From assembly GCF_003945235.1 (NCBI RefSeq), contig NZ_RSDW01000001.1, forward strand, positions 2,460,001-2,492,000: DNA of 32,000 bases, read 5' to 3'. The notes below the pieces were generated by a model that had not been told where the DNA came from, searched no databases, and saw only the letters and a program-made list of their open reading frames with translations. Source of the DNA: Edaphobacter aggregans (GTDB lineage: Bacteria; Acidobacteriota; Terriglobia; Terriglobales; Acidobacteriaceae). Numbering within the stretch: the stretch's first letter is position 1; each line of letters opens with the position of its first letter. The position numbers were made by a program, and so were the translations under genes. Below are positions 23,921 to 32,000 of this stretch, one piece after another.

Positions 23921-24934
23921 ATGTCTCTATCAAACCTCCGACCCTTTCTTTCTCTTCTCCTGGCCGCCACCGCCCTTGCCCAATCCCCCCAGGACAACCA
24001 GCCCTACACCCTCAAGACCCAATCCAACGTCGTCCTCGTCCCCACCACCGTCGAGACCAAGCACGGCGACATCCTCTACACCCTCAAGCCCGAGCAGTTC
24101 GTCGTCGAAGACAACGGCGTCCCCCAAACCATCCACCTCGACCAGGACACCGATGCCCTCGGCCTCTCCCTCGTCGTCGTCATCCAATGCAGTCGCTCCG
24201 CCATCATGGAGTTCGCCAAATTCCGCGGCCTCCTCACCATGATCGACGCCGTAGCCGGTGACGCCCCACGCGAAGTAGCCGTCGTCACCTACGGCTCCAC
24301 CCCCGAGCTCCTCGGCGACTTCTCCGCCGACCCTGCCGCCGCGGCCCACGCCCTCTCCCAGCTCGAGCCCTGCGACGACGACCCCAACGCCGCCACCCTC
24401 GATGCCGTAGCCTACGCCACCGGCCTCCTCGAAGCCCGTCAGAACCACTACCGCCACGCCATTCTCCTCATCAGCGAGACCCGTGACCACGGCAGCGAGA
24501 TCAAGCCCGCCAAAGTCATCGCTGCCCTCGGCCGCACCAACACCGTCGTCGACTCCGTAGCCTTCGGCCCCGGCAAAACCGAGATCCTCAACGACCTCCA
24601 CTACGGTGGAGGAAGCGGCCCCTTCGGCCTCCTCATCATGGCCGTCAACGCCATCAAGAAAAACGCAGCCCACGAGCTGGCCTCCCTCTCCGGCGGCGAA
24701 TACATCAACTTCAGCACCCAAAAGGGCTTCGACAACGGCCTCCACCAGCTCTCCAACCACATCCACAACTACTACCTCATCAGCTTCCAACCCCACGCCG
24801 AAGCGAACGGCGCTCCAGCTCCCGGCATGCACTCCATCCGAGTAAAAATCCCCGACTACCCCGACGCCAAAATCCGCTCCCGCGAAAGCTACTTCAGCGG
24901 TACTCTCGACACCATCCCACCCGAGGCCCAGTAG
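23921..24934 (+). CDS. Secreted VWA domain protein (TIGR03436-like Acidobacterial VWFA-related family)
   Basis: ATG 23921 opens a signal peptide, MSLSNLRPFLSLLLAATALAQS. The N-terminal segment VVLVPTTVETKHGDILYTLKPEQFVVEDNGVPQTI is typical of the family, and a VWA-like core follows. The track start at 23855 is rejected. Confidence 0.7.
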   Translation: MSLSNLRPFLSLLLAATALAQSPQDNQPYTLKTQSNVVLVPTTVETKHGDILYTLKPEQFVVEDNGVPQTIHLDQDTDALGLSLVVVIQCSRSAIMEFAKFRGLLTMIDAVAGDAPREVAVVTYGSTPELLGDFSADPAAAAHALSQLEPCDDDPNAATLDAVAYATGLLEARQNHYRHAILLISETRDHGSEIKPAKVIAALGRTNTVVDSVAFGPGKTEILNDLHYGGGSGPFGLLIMAVNAIKKNAAHELASLSGGEYINFSTQKGFDNGLHQLSNHIHNYYLISFQPHAEANGAPAPGMHSIRVKIPDYPDAKIRSRESYFSGTLDTIPPEAQ

Positions 24935-24968
24935 CAACCCCCGATTCACGGGCTAACTATGGTTTTCC

Positions 24969-24984
24969 GGATTATTAATAATCC
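24969..24984. promoter_or_regulatory. Perfect 16-bp palindrome GGATTATTAATAATCC
   Basis: It is exactly self-complementary and AT-rich. It lies in the 275-nt intergenic region upstream of the GH63-like gene. Confidence 0.45.
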
Positions 24985-24994
24985 CCAAAAATAG

Positions 24995-25016
24995 TATCCG
25001 CATAGCAAAGCGGATA
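24995..25016. promoter_or_regulatory. Inverted repeat TATCCGC-N8-GCGGATA
   Basis: The 7-bp perfect arms lie 10 nt after the 16-bp palindrome and share a GGAT(A/T)A core with it. Confidence 0.35.
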
Positions 25017-25209
25017 ATTCTAGGTGGCTTGAAAGCATCTGAAAACAATGGCCGAACTAGCGCCAGGCTTTCGATCTGGCGCGCCTGTACGTTTGGCAGG
25101 ATAATGAACGGCGCAGCGAATAACCTCGTCTAATCGTCGCGGCTGCGCACGTTTTTCGGGCCACGCACAACTCCTGATTCGTGATCTGGCAAGAGCCTTG
25201 GAGGAATCA

Positions 25210-27993
25210 ATGGCACAAGCCGCAGCAGAACAGCGAAGACTTAAGGAAGCCGGCCAAAAACTTGTCCCCTGGAAGAAGTGGGGACCCTACCTCAGTGAAC
25301 GGCAGTGGGGGACAGTCCGAGAAGATTACAGCGACAACGGAAACGCCTGGGACTACTTCACACACGATCAGGCACGGTCGAGAGCGTATCGCTGGGGTGA
25401 AGACGGCCTGGCGGGAATCTCAGATGACCATCAGGTCCTGTGCTTCGCGATTGCCCTGTGGAATGGCAAGGATCCAATTCTGAAGGAACGGCTCTTCGGG
25501 TTGACGAACAGCGAGGGCAATCACGGCGAGGATGTAAAGGAGTACTACTTCTATCTGGACAGCACGCCGACGCACTCATACATGAAGTATCTGTACAAGT
25601 ATCCGCAGGCAGCTTACCCATATGAGGATCTGATTAAGACAAACCGCGAGCGTGGACGCGGTAAACCCGAGTACGAGTTGTTAGATACCGGTGTGTTTAA
25701 CGAAGACCGCTACTTCGACGTGTTGGTCGAATACGCGAAGGCGGGTGCGGAGAGCCTCGAGATTAAGATCAGCGTGTCGAACCGGGGGCCAGAGGCGGCG
25801 ACGCTGCACCTATTGCCAACGCTGTGGTTTCGAAATACGTGGATGTGGTCGGATGCAGGCAGCAAGCCGGTGCTGAAAGGCGCACAGCACAAGGGGTTCA
25901 GCGTGATCTCAGCCCATCATACGGACCCGATCTTTCAGGAGTCGCTGGCCGACTACGGCTTGTACTGCGAGGGAGACACCCCGCTGCTGTTTACCGAGAA
26001 CGAGAACAACAACGAAAAACTGTTTGGAACCCGGAACGCTTCTCCTTATGTGAAGGATGCCTTTCACAACTACCTCATCCACAACCAGAAGGAGGCAGTG
26101 AATCCCGCGTTGGAGGGCACAAAGGCAGCTCCTCACTACACGCTCAATGTTGGGCCGGGAAAGACGGAGGTTGTGCGTCTGCATCTCGGACGAGCCGTCG
26201 CGGAGCTGAAAGCGCGGCCATTTGAACACTTCGACGAAGTCTTTGCGGCACGGCTGAAGGAGGCAGATGAGTTCTACAACGGGATCACGCCGGAAAAGGT
26301 GAAGGCCGATCCCGATCGCGCGATGGTGATGCGGCAGGCTCTGGCCGGAATGCTCTGGAGCAAACAGTATTTCTACTACGACCTGAATGTGTGGTTGAGA
26401 GAGCATAAGGTGGAGCCAACAAGCTCACCGGAGATCAGACAAAGGGTGCGGAACGGCGAGTGGTTCCACATGTACAACAACGACATCATCTCGATGCCCG
26501 ACAAGTGGGAGTATCCCTGGTACGCAGCGTGGGACCTGGCGTTTCATATGCTCGCGTTCCAGACGGTAGATCCGGATTTTGCCAAAGCCCAGCTGATGCT
26601 CATACTTCGAAACGATTATCAACATCCGAATGGTCAAGTACCGGCCTACGAGTGGAATTTTGGCGATACCAATCCGCCAGTCCATGCCTATGCCACGATG
26701 CAGATTTACCTGAGCGACAAGGAGAGAAACAATGGCCAGGGCGATCTCGAGTTTTTAACCTACGCATTTTCGAAGCTGCTGGTGAACTTTACATGGTGGC
26801 TGAACAGAAAGGACCGCGCAGGAAACAATCTATTTGAGGGCGGATTCCTCGGCCTGGACAATATCGGAGTCTTCGACCGGAGCGCTCCGATTCCGGGCGG
26901 TGGCTACCTGGAACAGGCGGACGGAACGGCATGGATGGTGTTCTTCAGCCAGCAGATGCTGCGGATCGCAGTGGAGCTGGCACTGCACTACCCAGTCTTC
27001 GAAGAGTTCGTCATCAAGTTCTTCGAGCACACAATGTGGATCGCCGGAGCGATGGACCGAATGGGGAACGCAAAAAACACGATGTGGAATGAAGAGGATG
27101 GTTTTTTCTACGATGTCCTGCGGATGCCGAATGGTCAGGCGTTTCAGATGAAGGTGCGATCGATGGTAGGACTGCTGCCTTTAACTGCAGTGGCGATCTT
27201 CGAGGAAGATCTGCAGGAGAAGCTACCGACGTTTCGCAAGTATGCGAGGAACTTTTTGGCGAGGCATCCGGAGCTGGCCGCGAACCTTCACATGCCGACC
27301 GCTCCAGGTATAGCTGGGAGAAGATTGCTGTCCACGGTGAACGAAGACAAGCTGCGACGAATTCTGACGAAGATGCTGGACGAGAAGGAATTCTTCGGCC
27401 CCCATGGGATTCGTGCACTCTCGCTCTACCACAGAGACCATCCGTTTGAGTTCGACATGGGGGGGCAAAAGTCTTCGGTGGGATATCTTCCGGGAGATTC
27501 GGACAGCGGGATGTTCGGAGGAAACTCGAACTGGAGAGGCCCGGTGTGGATGCCGGTGAACTTCCTGCTATATACCTCGCTGATGCGCCTCGGAGCGTAC
27601 TACGGCGACACGTTCACGATTGAGTGCCCAACGGGCTCGGGGCATCTGATGACTCTGTTCCAGGTAGCCAAGGAGCTGGGAGAGCGGCTAATCGGAACGT
27701 TCGTCAAAGATAGCTCAGGCAAGCGGCCTGTGTTTGGAGACGTGGAGAAGTTTCAGACTGACCCGCACTGGCGCGACAACGTGCTTTTCTACGAGTACTT
27801 CCACGGCGATACCGGGGCCGGCGTAGGAGCCAGCCATCAGACCGGATGGACGGGCTGCATAGCGCGGATTATTCAGGGGAACGGAGCCTTCAAGGAGTCA
27901 GATGTTCTGGAGCGTGATGTTGAACGGCGCGCGATCAGGCTTGGACAAGGTCAGAAGGTCGACACGACGAGCGCTGCGATCACAAAGCCGTGA
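25210..27993 (+). CDS. GH63-like (MGH1-like) glycoside hydrolase / glucosidase
   Basis: GGAGG sits 6 nt before ATG 25210. The protein is 927 aa. WKKWGPYLSERQWGTVREDYS, YPWYAAWDLAFH and the (alpha/alpha)6-type C-terminal region (...FHGDTGAGVGASHQTGWTG) match my recollection of the bacterial GH63-like family. Confidence 0.75.
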   Translation: MAQAAAEQRRLKEAGQKLVPWKKWGPYLSERQWGTVREDYSDNGNAWDYFTHDQARSRAYRWGEDGLAGISDDHQVLCFAIALWNGKDPILKERLFGLTNSEGNHGEDVKEYYFYLDSTPTHSYMKYLYKYPQAAYPYEDLIKTNRERGRGKPEYELLDTGVFNEDRYFDVLVEYAKAGAESLEIKISVSNRGPEAATLHLLPTLWFRNTWMWSDAGSKPVLKGAQHKGFSVISAHHTDPIFQESLADYGLYCEGDTPLLFTENENNNEKLFGTRNASPYVKDAFHNYLIHNQKEAVNPALEGTKAAPHYTLNVGPGKTEVVRLHLGRAVAELKARPFEHFDEVFAARLKEADEFYNGITPEKVKADPDRAMVMRQALAGMLWSKQYFYYDLNVWLREHKVEPTSSPEIRQRVRNGEWFHMYNNDIISMPDKWEYPWYAAWDLAFHMLAFQTVDPDFAKAQLMLILRNDYQHPNGQVPAYEWNFGDTNPPVHAYATMQIYLSDKERNNGQGDLEFLTYAFSKLLVNFTWWLNRKDRAGNNLFEGGFLGLDNIGVFDRSAPIPGGGYLEQADGTAWMVFFSQQMLRIAVELALHYPVFEEFVIKFFEHTMWIAGAMDRMGNAKNTMWNEEDGFFYDVLRMPNGQAFQMKVRSMVGLLPLTAVAIFEEDLQEKLPTFRKYARNFLARHPELAANLHMPTAPGIAGRRLLSTVNEDKLRRILTKMLDEKEFFGPHGIRALSLYHRDHPFEFDMGGQKSSVGYLPGDSDSGMFGGNSNWRGPVWMPVNFLLYTSLMRLGAYYGDTFTIECPTGSGHLMTLFQVAKELGERLIGTFVKDSSGKRPVFGDVEKFQTDPHWRDNVLFYEYFHGDTGAGVGASHQTGWTGCIARIIQGNGAFKESDVLERDVERRAIRLGQGQKVDTTSAAITKP

Positions 27994-28026
27994 GAGTCTT
28001 TGCTGAAAGAAATTCGAGTCCTAAAA

Positions 28027-28059
28027 AAAGGACGCCCCAATTAATCTGGGGCGTCCTTT
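28027..28059. terminator. Bidirectional intrinsic terminator between the GH63-like gene and the S15 hydrolase
   Basis: AAAGGACGCCCCA-ATTAATC-TGGGGCGTCCTTT. The flanking A7/T7 run gives a T-tract on the minus strand and TTTG on the plus strand. Confidence 0.85.
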
Positions 28060-28079
28060 GAAAACCGTTGCAAAAACAA

Positions 28080-30101
28080 CTACTCAACAACCGGCAGGCT
28101 GATAAAGCTCGCCGTACCTGGAGCACCCCAGACACGCTGCGTAGCCTTCTGATAATCCGCTGGCTTCGCATCGAAGATATTCGACACAAAAGTCTGCGGA
28201 TTCCGGTCGTACAGCGGAAACAGCGTCGACTGCACTTGCACCATAATCCGGTGCCCCGGCTGGAAGACGTGGTTCACATTCGGCAGATCGAACTTCACCA
28301 GCTCCGGCTCATTCGGTTTGAACGCCTCTGGATGTTCGAAGCTCTTGCGATACCGTCCGCGGAAGATATCCAGCGATATCGGCAGCTCATAGCCGCTCAT
28401 CGGCGCCGTCACTGTCGCATCGTCCGGATACACGTCGATCACCTTCACGACCCAGTCGCTGTCAGTACCACTGGTCGAGGCATAAAGGTTCACCTCAGGA
28501 ACGCCGCTCACTCGCGTCGCCGCAGTCAGTGGATCGGACACGTAGGTCAGCACGTCGGGTCGGTTATCAACAAAGCGCTGATCCTGCACCAGCCATGTCT
28601 GCCACGTGCCCACATCGCCCGTCCGCGGCAAAAACGGCACCGGCTTCGCGGGATCAGAAACATATTCCGCGAACTTGTTGCCACCGGCAGCAGGCGCGTC
28701 GAACGACAATTTCCCATCGGCCTTGAGATACAGCGGCTTCGACTTGCTCGCGCACCCCGCGTCACAGCTCAGAGGCCACTTCTGCAAGCGGTCCCAGTGA
28801 TCCTCGCCCGAGTTGTAGATCAGCACTGGCGGAGTGTTGGCCTTCGGTGCACCCTCCCTCAGATACTGGTCCATAAACGGGAACATCACTGAGTTGCGAA
28901 CGTCCGCCGTCGTGTCGCCGTCCCACGTGAACGGCCCCATCACGTGCCCTTCACGGTTGATCTGGCTGTGGAACCACGGCCCAATCACCAGGAAGTTCTT
29001 ATCGTTGTTCTTATCCTGCGACTCCCACTGCTTGTAGGCATGGTTCGCGCCATACATGTCCTCTTGGTCCCACAGTCCCTGCAGCCACATCGTCGGAACC
29101 GTCAGCGGCGTCTTGCCGATCAGCCTGTCCAGACCTTGGCTCTGCCAGAAGCCGTCGTACGCAGGATGCGCCTCTATCGTCTTCCAATAAGGCAGTTGAT
29201 CGTGACCCAGCGAGCGCGCGAAGTTGCCCGCCGAGCCCTTTTCCAGGAAGTTCACATAGTCATCATGGTGCTCATGCAGAACCCTCGGCCCAGCGCCGCG
29301 CGCAGCCGTCTGCGAAGTGAAATAGTCCAGCATGCGCTGCCGGAACGCGCCGTAGTGGAACCAGTCGTCGCCCATCCAGCCATCAACCATCGGGCTCTCG
29401 GGAACGGCAACCTTCAACGCCGGATGTGGATGTAGCAACGCCATCACCACCGTGTAGCCCTCGTACGACGAGCCGATCATGCCCACCCGGCCATTGCTCT
29501 CCGGCAAATTCTTCGTCAACCACTCGATCGTGTCGTAAGCGTCCGTCGTGTCGTCCGCGCCCGTCGGGTTGTACGGTCCAACCGGCGGCGGCGTCATCAG
29601 GTACACACCCTCCGATCCATACTTGCCGCGAACGTCCTGATAGATGCGGATGTACCCAGCCTTCACAAAAATCTCATCGGACAAGCCCAGCTCATCGATC
29701 ATATGAGGCGACTCTGCCTTCGCTGCAGCCCCTCGCCCTCCACGTCCTGCCGCCGCAGCAGCAGGTGGTCCGGTAGGCACCGGCGCACTCCCCGCAGTCG
29801 CACGTGCAGCCGAAGCGCGAGCCGCAGCGTTATAGCAAGTTCGCGTCATCACGATCGGAGCATTCTTCGCACCCTTCGGAATCACGATCACGGTGTACAG
29901 CTTCACGCCGTCGCGCATCGGAATCATCTCCACACGCTTCTCGTAGTCGAACTCCACCTTTGGCGCTTTGTAAGGCGTCCGTTCAGGTGGCGTAAAGCTC
30001 GCCGGAATATCGTTTACGACTGGCTTCTCTTGCGCGATGGATGGAAGACTGCACAAGGCAACAGCTAGCCCTGTAACTGCAACATGGCAGAACGATCTCA
30101 T
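28080..30101 (-). CDS. CocE/NonD family hydrolase (peptidase S15, Xaa-Pro dipeptidyl-peptidase / alpha-amino-acid ester hydrolase-like), secreted
   Basis: The signal peptide is MRSFCHVAVTGLAVALCSLPSIAQE. It has RTCYNA...SPHMIDELG...YQDVRGKYGSEG and the nucleophile motif GSSYEGY. The C-terminal beta-sandwich region contains ...VFQPGHRIMVQVQST. Confidence 0.85.
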   Translation of the reverse strand: MRSFCHVAVTGLAVALCSLPSIAQEKPVVNDIPASFTPPERTPYKAPKVEFDYEKRVEMIPMRDGVKLYTVIVIPKGAKNAPIVMTRTCYNAAARASAARATAGSAPVPTGPPAAAAAGRGGRGAAAKAESPHMIDELGLSDEIFVKAGYIRIYQDVRGKYGSEGVYLMTPPPVGPYNPTGADDTTDAYDTIEWLTKNLPESNGRVGMIGSSYEGYTVVMALLHPHPALKVAVPESPMVDGWMGDDWFHYGAFRQRMLDYFTSQTAARGAGPRVLHEHHDDYVNFLEKGSAGNFARSLGHDQLPYWKTIEAHPAYDGFWQSQGLDRLIGKTPLTVPTMWLQGLWDQEDMYGANHAYKQWESQDKNNDKNFLVIGPWFHSQINREGHVMGPFTWDGDTTADVRNSVMFPFMDQYLREGAPKANTPPVLIYNSGEDHWDRLQKWPLSCDAGCASKSKPLYLKADGKLSFDAPAAGGNKFAEYVSDPAKPVPFLPRTGDVGTWQTWLVQDQRFVDNRPDVLTYVSDPLTAATRVSGVPEVNLYASTSGTDSDWVVKVIDVYPDDATVTAPMSGYELPISLDIFRGRYRKSFEHPEAFKPNEPELVKFDLPNVNHVFQPGHRIMVQVQSTLFPLYDRNPQTFVSNIFDAKPADYQKATQRVWGAPGTASFISLPVVE

Positions 30102-30283
30102 AGAACTTTTTTCCTTGGAGCCCTCCTGGTGACGGGCCGATGAAAGTTTTAGAAACTATACCATCGCGCAGAAAGCCGCACGAGGCTTGAAGATCAGAAC
30201 GACACGCTCTCCATGCCTCCGTCGACGAACCCGCAACTGCAACACGCCGCGCTTGAAAATCTCCTGCACTTCTACTTTTGTAT

Positions 30284-30313
30284 TTGACAGTCGTTCCCCA
30301 CATCAGGCTAAAT
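30284..30313 (+). promoter_or_regulatory. Candidate sigma70 promoter for the lyase gene
   Basis: TTGACA (30284-30289), an 18-nt spacer, then CTAAAT (30308-30313). This implies a ~160-nt leader. Confidence 0.4.
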
Positions 30314-30366
30314 GTTGTCGTTATTTAGTCCGCTCTACAAACATAATCTAAAACCTTGAAGACATT

Positions 30367-30397
30367 CGTTTGTCTAACGAATCTCTTCTCATGCTCC
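30367..30397 (+). promoter_or_regulatory. 13-bp-arm inverted repeat in the lyase leader (operator or RNA hairpin)
   Basis: GAAGACATTCGTT-TGTCT-AACGAATCTCTTC, with one mismatch in 13 bp. Confidence 0.4.
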
Positions 30398-30480
30398 GCC
30401 TCGGCTGCGACATCGCAGAACCGCGCCGGGACGTCTCCCCGCACACACAAATAGAAAGTCCTAACAGGAGTAATGATCCG

Positions 30481-32000
30481 ATGAGAACTTCACGCAGAGT
30501 CGTTGCCGCATTTCTCGCAATGGTCGCACTTATCTTTTGCAGCTGCCCTACAACCCAAGCCCAGACCACACCCTTCAAGCATCCCGGCGTTCTCGTCAGT
30601 CAGGCCCAACTCGACTACATCAAGACCATGATCGCGGCGCACACCGAGCCCTTCTACTCTGCATTTCTCAAAGCGCAAAACAGCAACATCGGCCAGCTCA
30701 ACTACCAGATTCAGGGCCCGCCGGCGACCGGCATCATCGAGTGCGGCCCCACCTCGAATCCCAACTTCGGCTGTTCCGCCGCCGACAATGACTCCAGCGC
30801 CGCCTATCTCCAGGCCCTCCTCTGGTACATCACCGGCAATCAGACTTACGCCAACAACGCGATCGCCATCCTCAACACCTACGGCTACAACCTCAAGGGC
30901 TATACCAATTCCAACGCCCCGCTCCAGGCCGCATGGGACTCAGAAAAATTCCCCCGCGCTGCTGAGATCATCCGCTACACCAACGCCGGATGGGCCGATG
31001 CCGACATCCAGCAGTTCAAGACCATGCTCTCCACCGTCATCCTGCCCGGCATCATCAACGGCTCGACCTCCAACGGCAACTGGGAGATCAGCATGATCGA
31101 GGGCATGATCAACATCGGTGTCTTCAACGACGACGTCGCGACCTTCAACAAGGGAGTCCTCTACTGGAAGCAGCGCATCCCGGCCTACTTCTACTACCAC
31201 ACTGACGGCGCTGCACCTGTACCTGCTCCTCGCGGCACCGCAAGCTGGTACGGACAGACCGTCTTTGACTCACGCGTCGACGGCATCTCGCAAGAGACCT
31301 GCCGCGACTTCGGCCACGCCCAGTATGGCATCTCCGGCGCACTCGACGCCGCCGAGACCGCGCGCATCCAGGGTGTTGACCTCTACAATGACGCCTCCAG
31401 TAACGCGCTGCTCCGCCTCACCTCAGCACTTGAGTTCAATGCGAAGTACCAACTCGCCAACTCCTCCACCGTGCCCAGCTATGTCTGCGGCGGCACCGTC
31501 ACCCTGCAGGTCTACCCCACCGACGAGATCGGCTACAACAACTACCACAATCGTCAGGGCCTCGAACTTCCGCTGACTATCCAGTACCTCAATCAGGTCA
31601 TCCGTCAGCTCGCCAACCCCACCGAGTACCACATCATGGTCTATGAAACCCTTAGCCACGGTGGCGACGCCTCGTTTCTGCAGCCCTTCCTCATGCGCAG
31701 CCCGTCGACCGCAGCATCGATCCGCGGCGGCAGCAGCACCACCTTCACCATCAACATCATCCCCGGCAGCGACCCGAACCCCACCGTCGCCTTCAACGTC
31801 AGCGGACTCCCCGCAGGCGTAACCTACAGCTTCAGCCCATCAACGGTCACCGGCGCTGGCTCATCCACCCTCACCATCACCGCCGACTCCACGACAGCCT
31901 CAGGCGTCTATCCACTCACCGTCACCGGCGTAGGTGCCACCGCCATGGAGACCTCCAACCTTCCCCTCACCCTCACCGTCAACGCGGCCTCCTCCGACTT
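30481..32000 (+). CDS. Secreted alginate-lyase-family (PF05426-like) polysaccharide lyase with C-terminal Ig-like repeat region, 3' end outside window
   Basis: This gene is not in the ORF track because there is no stop before the window end. My translation is MRTSRRVVAAFLAMVALIFCSCPTTQAQTTPFKHPGVLVSQAQLDYIKTMIAAHTEPFYSAFL...SSAAYLQALLWYITGNQTYANNAIAILNTY...SNGNWE...CRDFGHAQYG..., followed by ...STTFTINIIPGSDPNPTVAFNVSGLPAGVTYSFSP.... It is open through 32000, and codon third positions are strongly C-biased, as in neighbouring genes. Confidence 0.65.
   Translation, partial: MRTSRRVVAAFLAMVALIFCSCPTTQAQTTPFKHPGVLVSQAQLDYIKTMIAAHTEPFYSAFLKAQNSNIGQLNYQIQGPPATGIIECGPTSNPNFGCSAADNDSSAAYLQALLWYITGNQTYANNAIAILNTYGYNLKGYTNSNAPLQAAWDSEKFPRAAEIIRYTNAGWADADIQQFKTMLSTVILPGIINGSTSNGNWEISMIEGMINIGVFNDDVATFNKGVLYWKQRIPAYFYYHTDGAAPVPAPRGTASWYGQTVFDSRVDGISQETCRDFGHAQYGISGALDAAETARIQGVDLYNDASSNALLRLTSALEFNAKYQLANSSTVPSYVCGGTVTLQVYPTDEIGYNNYHNRQGLELPLTIQYLNQVIRQLANPTEYHIMVYETLSHGGDASFLQPFLMRSPSTAASIRGGSSTTFTINIIPGSDPNPTVAFNVSGLPAGVTYSFSPSTVTGAGSSTLTITADSTTASGVYPLTVTGVGATAMETSNLPLTLTVNAASSD

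Noticed and set aside
23930-24949. A 339-aa minus-strand Gly/Val/Glu/Asp-rich ORF
   Set aside because: It is antisense to the VWA gene and its composition is an artefact of the complementary codons.
28068-28892. A 274-aa plus-strand ORF, plus 28944-29435, 29426-29776 and 29703-30068
   Set aside because: They are antisense to the S15 hydrolase gene and are Arg/His/Leu-rich shadow frames.
1-32000. Searched for CRISPR arrays, rRNA, transposase/integrase genes and long terminal inverted repeats
   Set aside because: I could see none. The only repeats found are the peptide-gene duplication, short REP-like hairpins and operator-size dyads.

Overview
The window is a GC-rich, gene-dense chromosomal segment. 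Its gene families suggest Acidobacteriota (Terriglobia-like): an ADOP duplicated orphan permease, a BlaR1 fused to a TIGR03435/DUF3738-type domain, a TIGR03436-type VWA protein and CarboxypepD_reg-type TonB receptors. This assignment is an inference from family patterns, not a database search.

Core genes I can support:
- infC, which appears to start at ATT
- rpsA, with an extended N-terminus and a poly-Ser tail
- tRNA-Leu(CAG)
- trpC-trpF
- a HIT hydrolase

Accessory genes:
- a TonB-dependent receptor, cut by the 5' window edge
- a blaI-blaR1-like operon
- a YidB-like protein
- a BON-like/LysM gene that looks frameshifted
- a response regulator with a histone-H1-like Lys/Ala tail
- a FecR-domain secreted protein
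- a free-standing DHp-like mini-protein
- prolyl oligopeptidase
- a papain-family C1 peptidase converging on a chagasin-family (I42) inhibitor
- a GH63-like glycosidase
- an S15 CocE/NonD hydrolase
- an alginate-lyase-family gene that is open at the 3' window edge and absent from the ORF track

The most interesting region is an AT-rich island at about 8640-10300. It carries two tandem paralogous 56-codon genes (8826..8996 and 9063..9233), both below the ORF-track cutoff. Each encodes a signal-peptide-bearing peptide with a nearly invariant C-terminal SAMPIPMCAPDDxNACGLR motif (C-x7-C). The differences between the copies are mostly synonymous in that motif, which argues for real, selected coding sequence. 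They are followed on the same strand by an orphan 7-TM membrane protein and a strong bidirectional terminator, and preceded by a sigma70-like promoter and direct repeats. I propose this as an uncharacterised secreted-peptide plus membrane-partner module whose function is unknown.

I saw no CRISPR array, rRNA or obvious mobile element. Many long antisense or alternate-frame ORFs in the track are high-GC shadow ORFs and were rejected.
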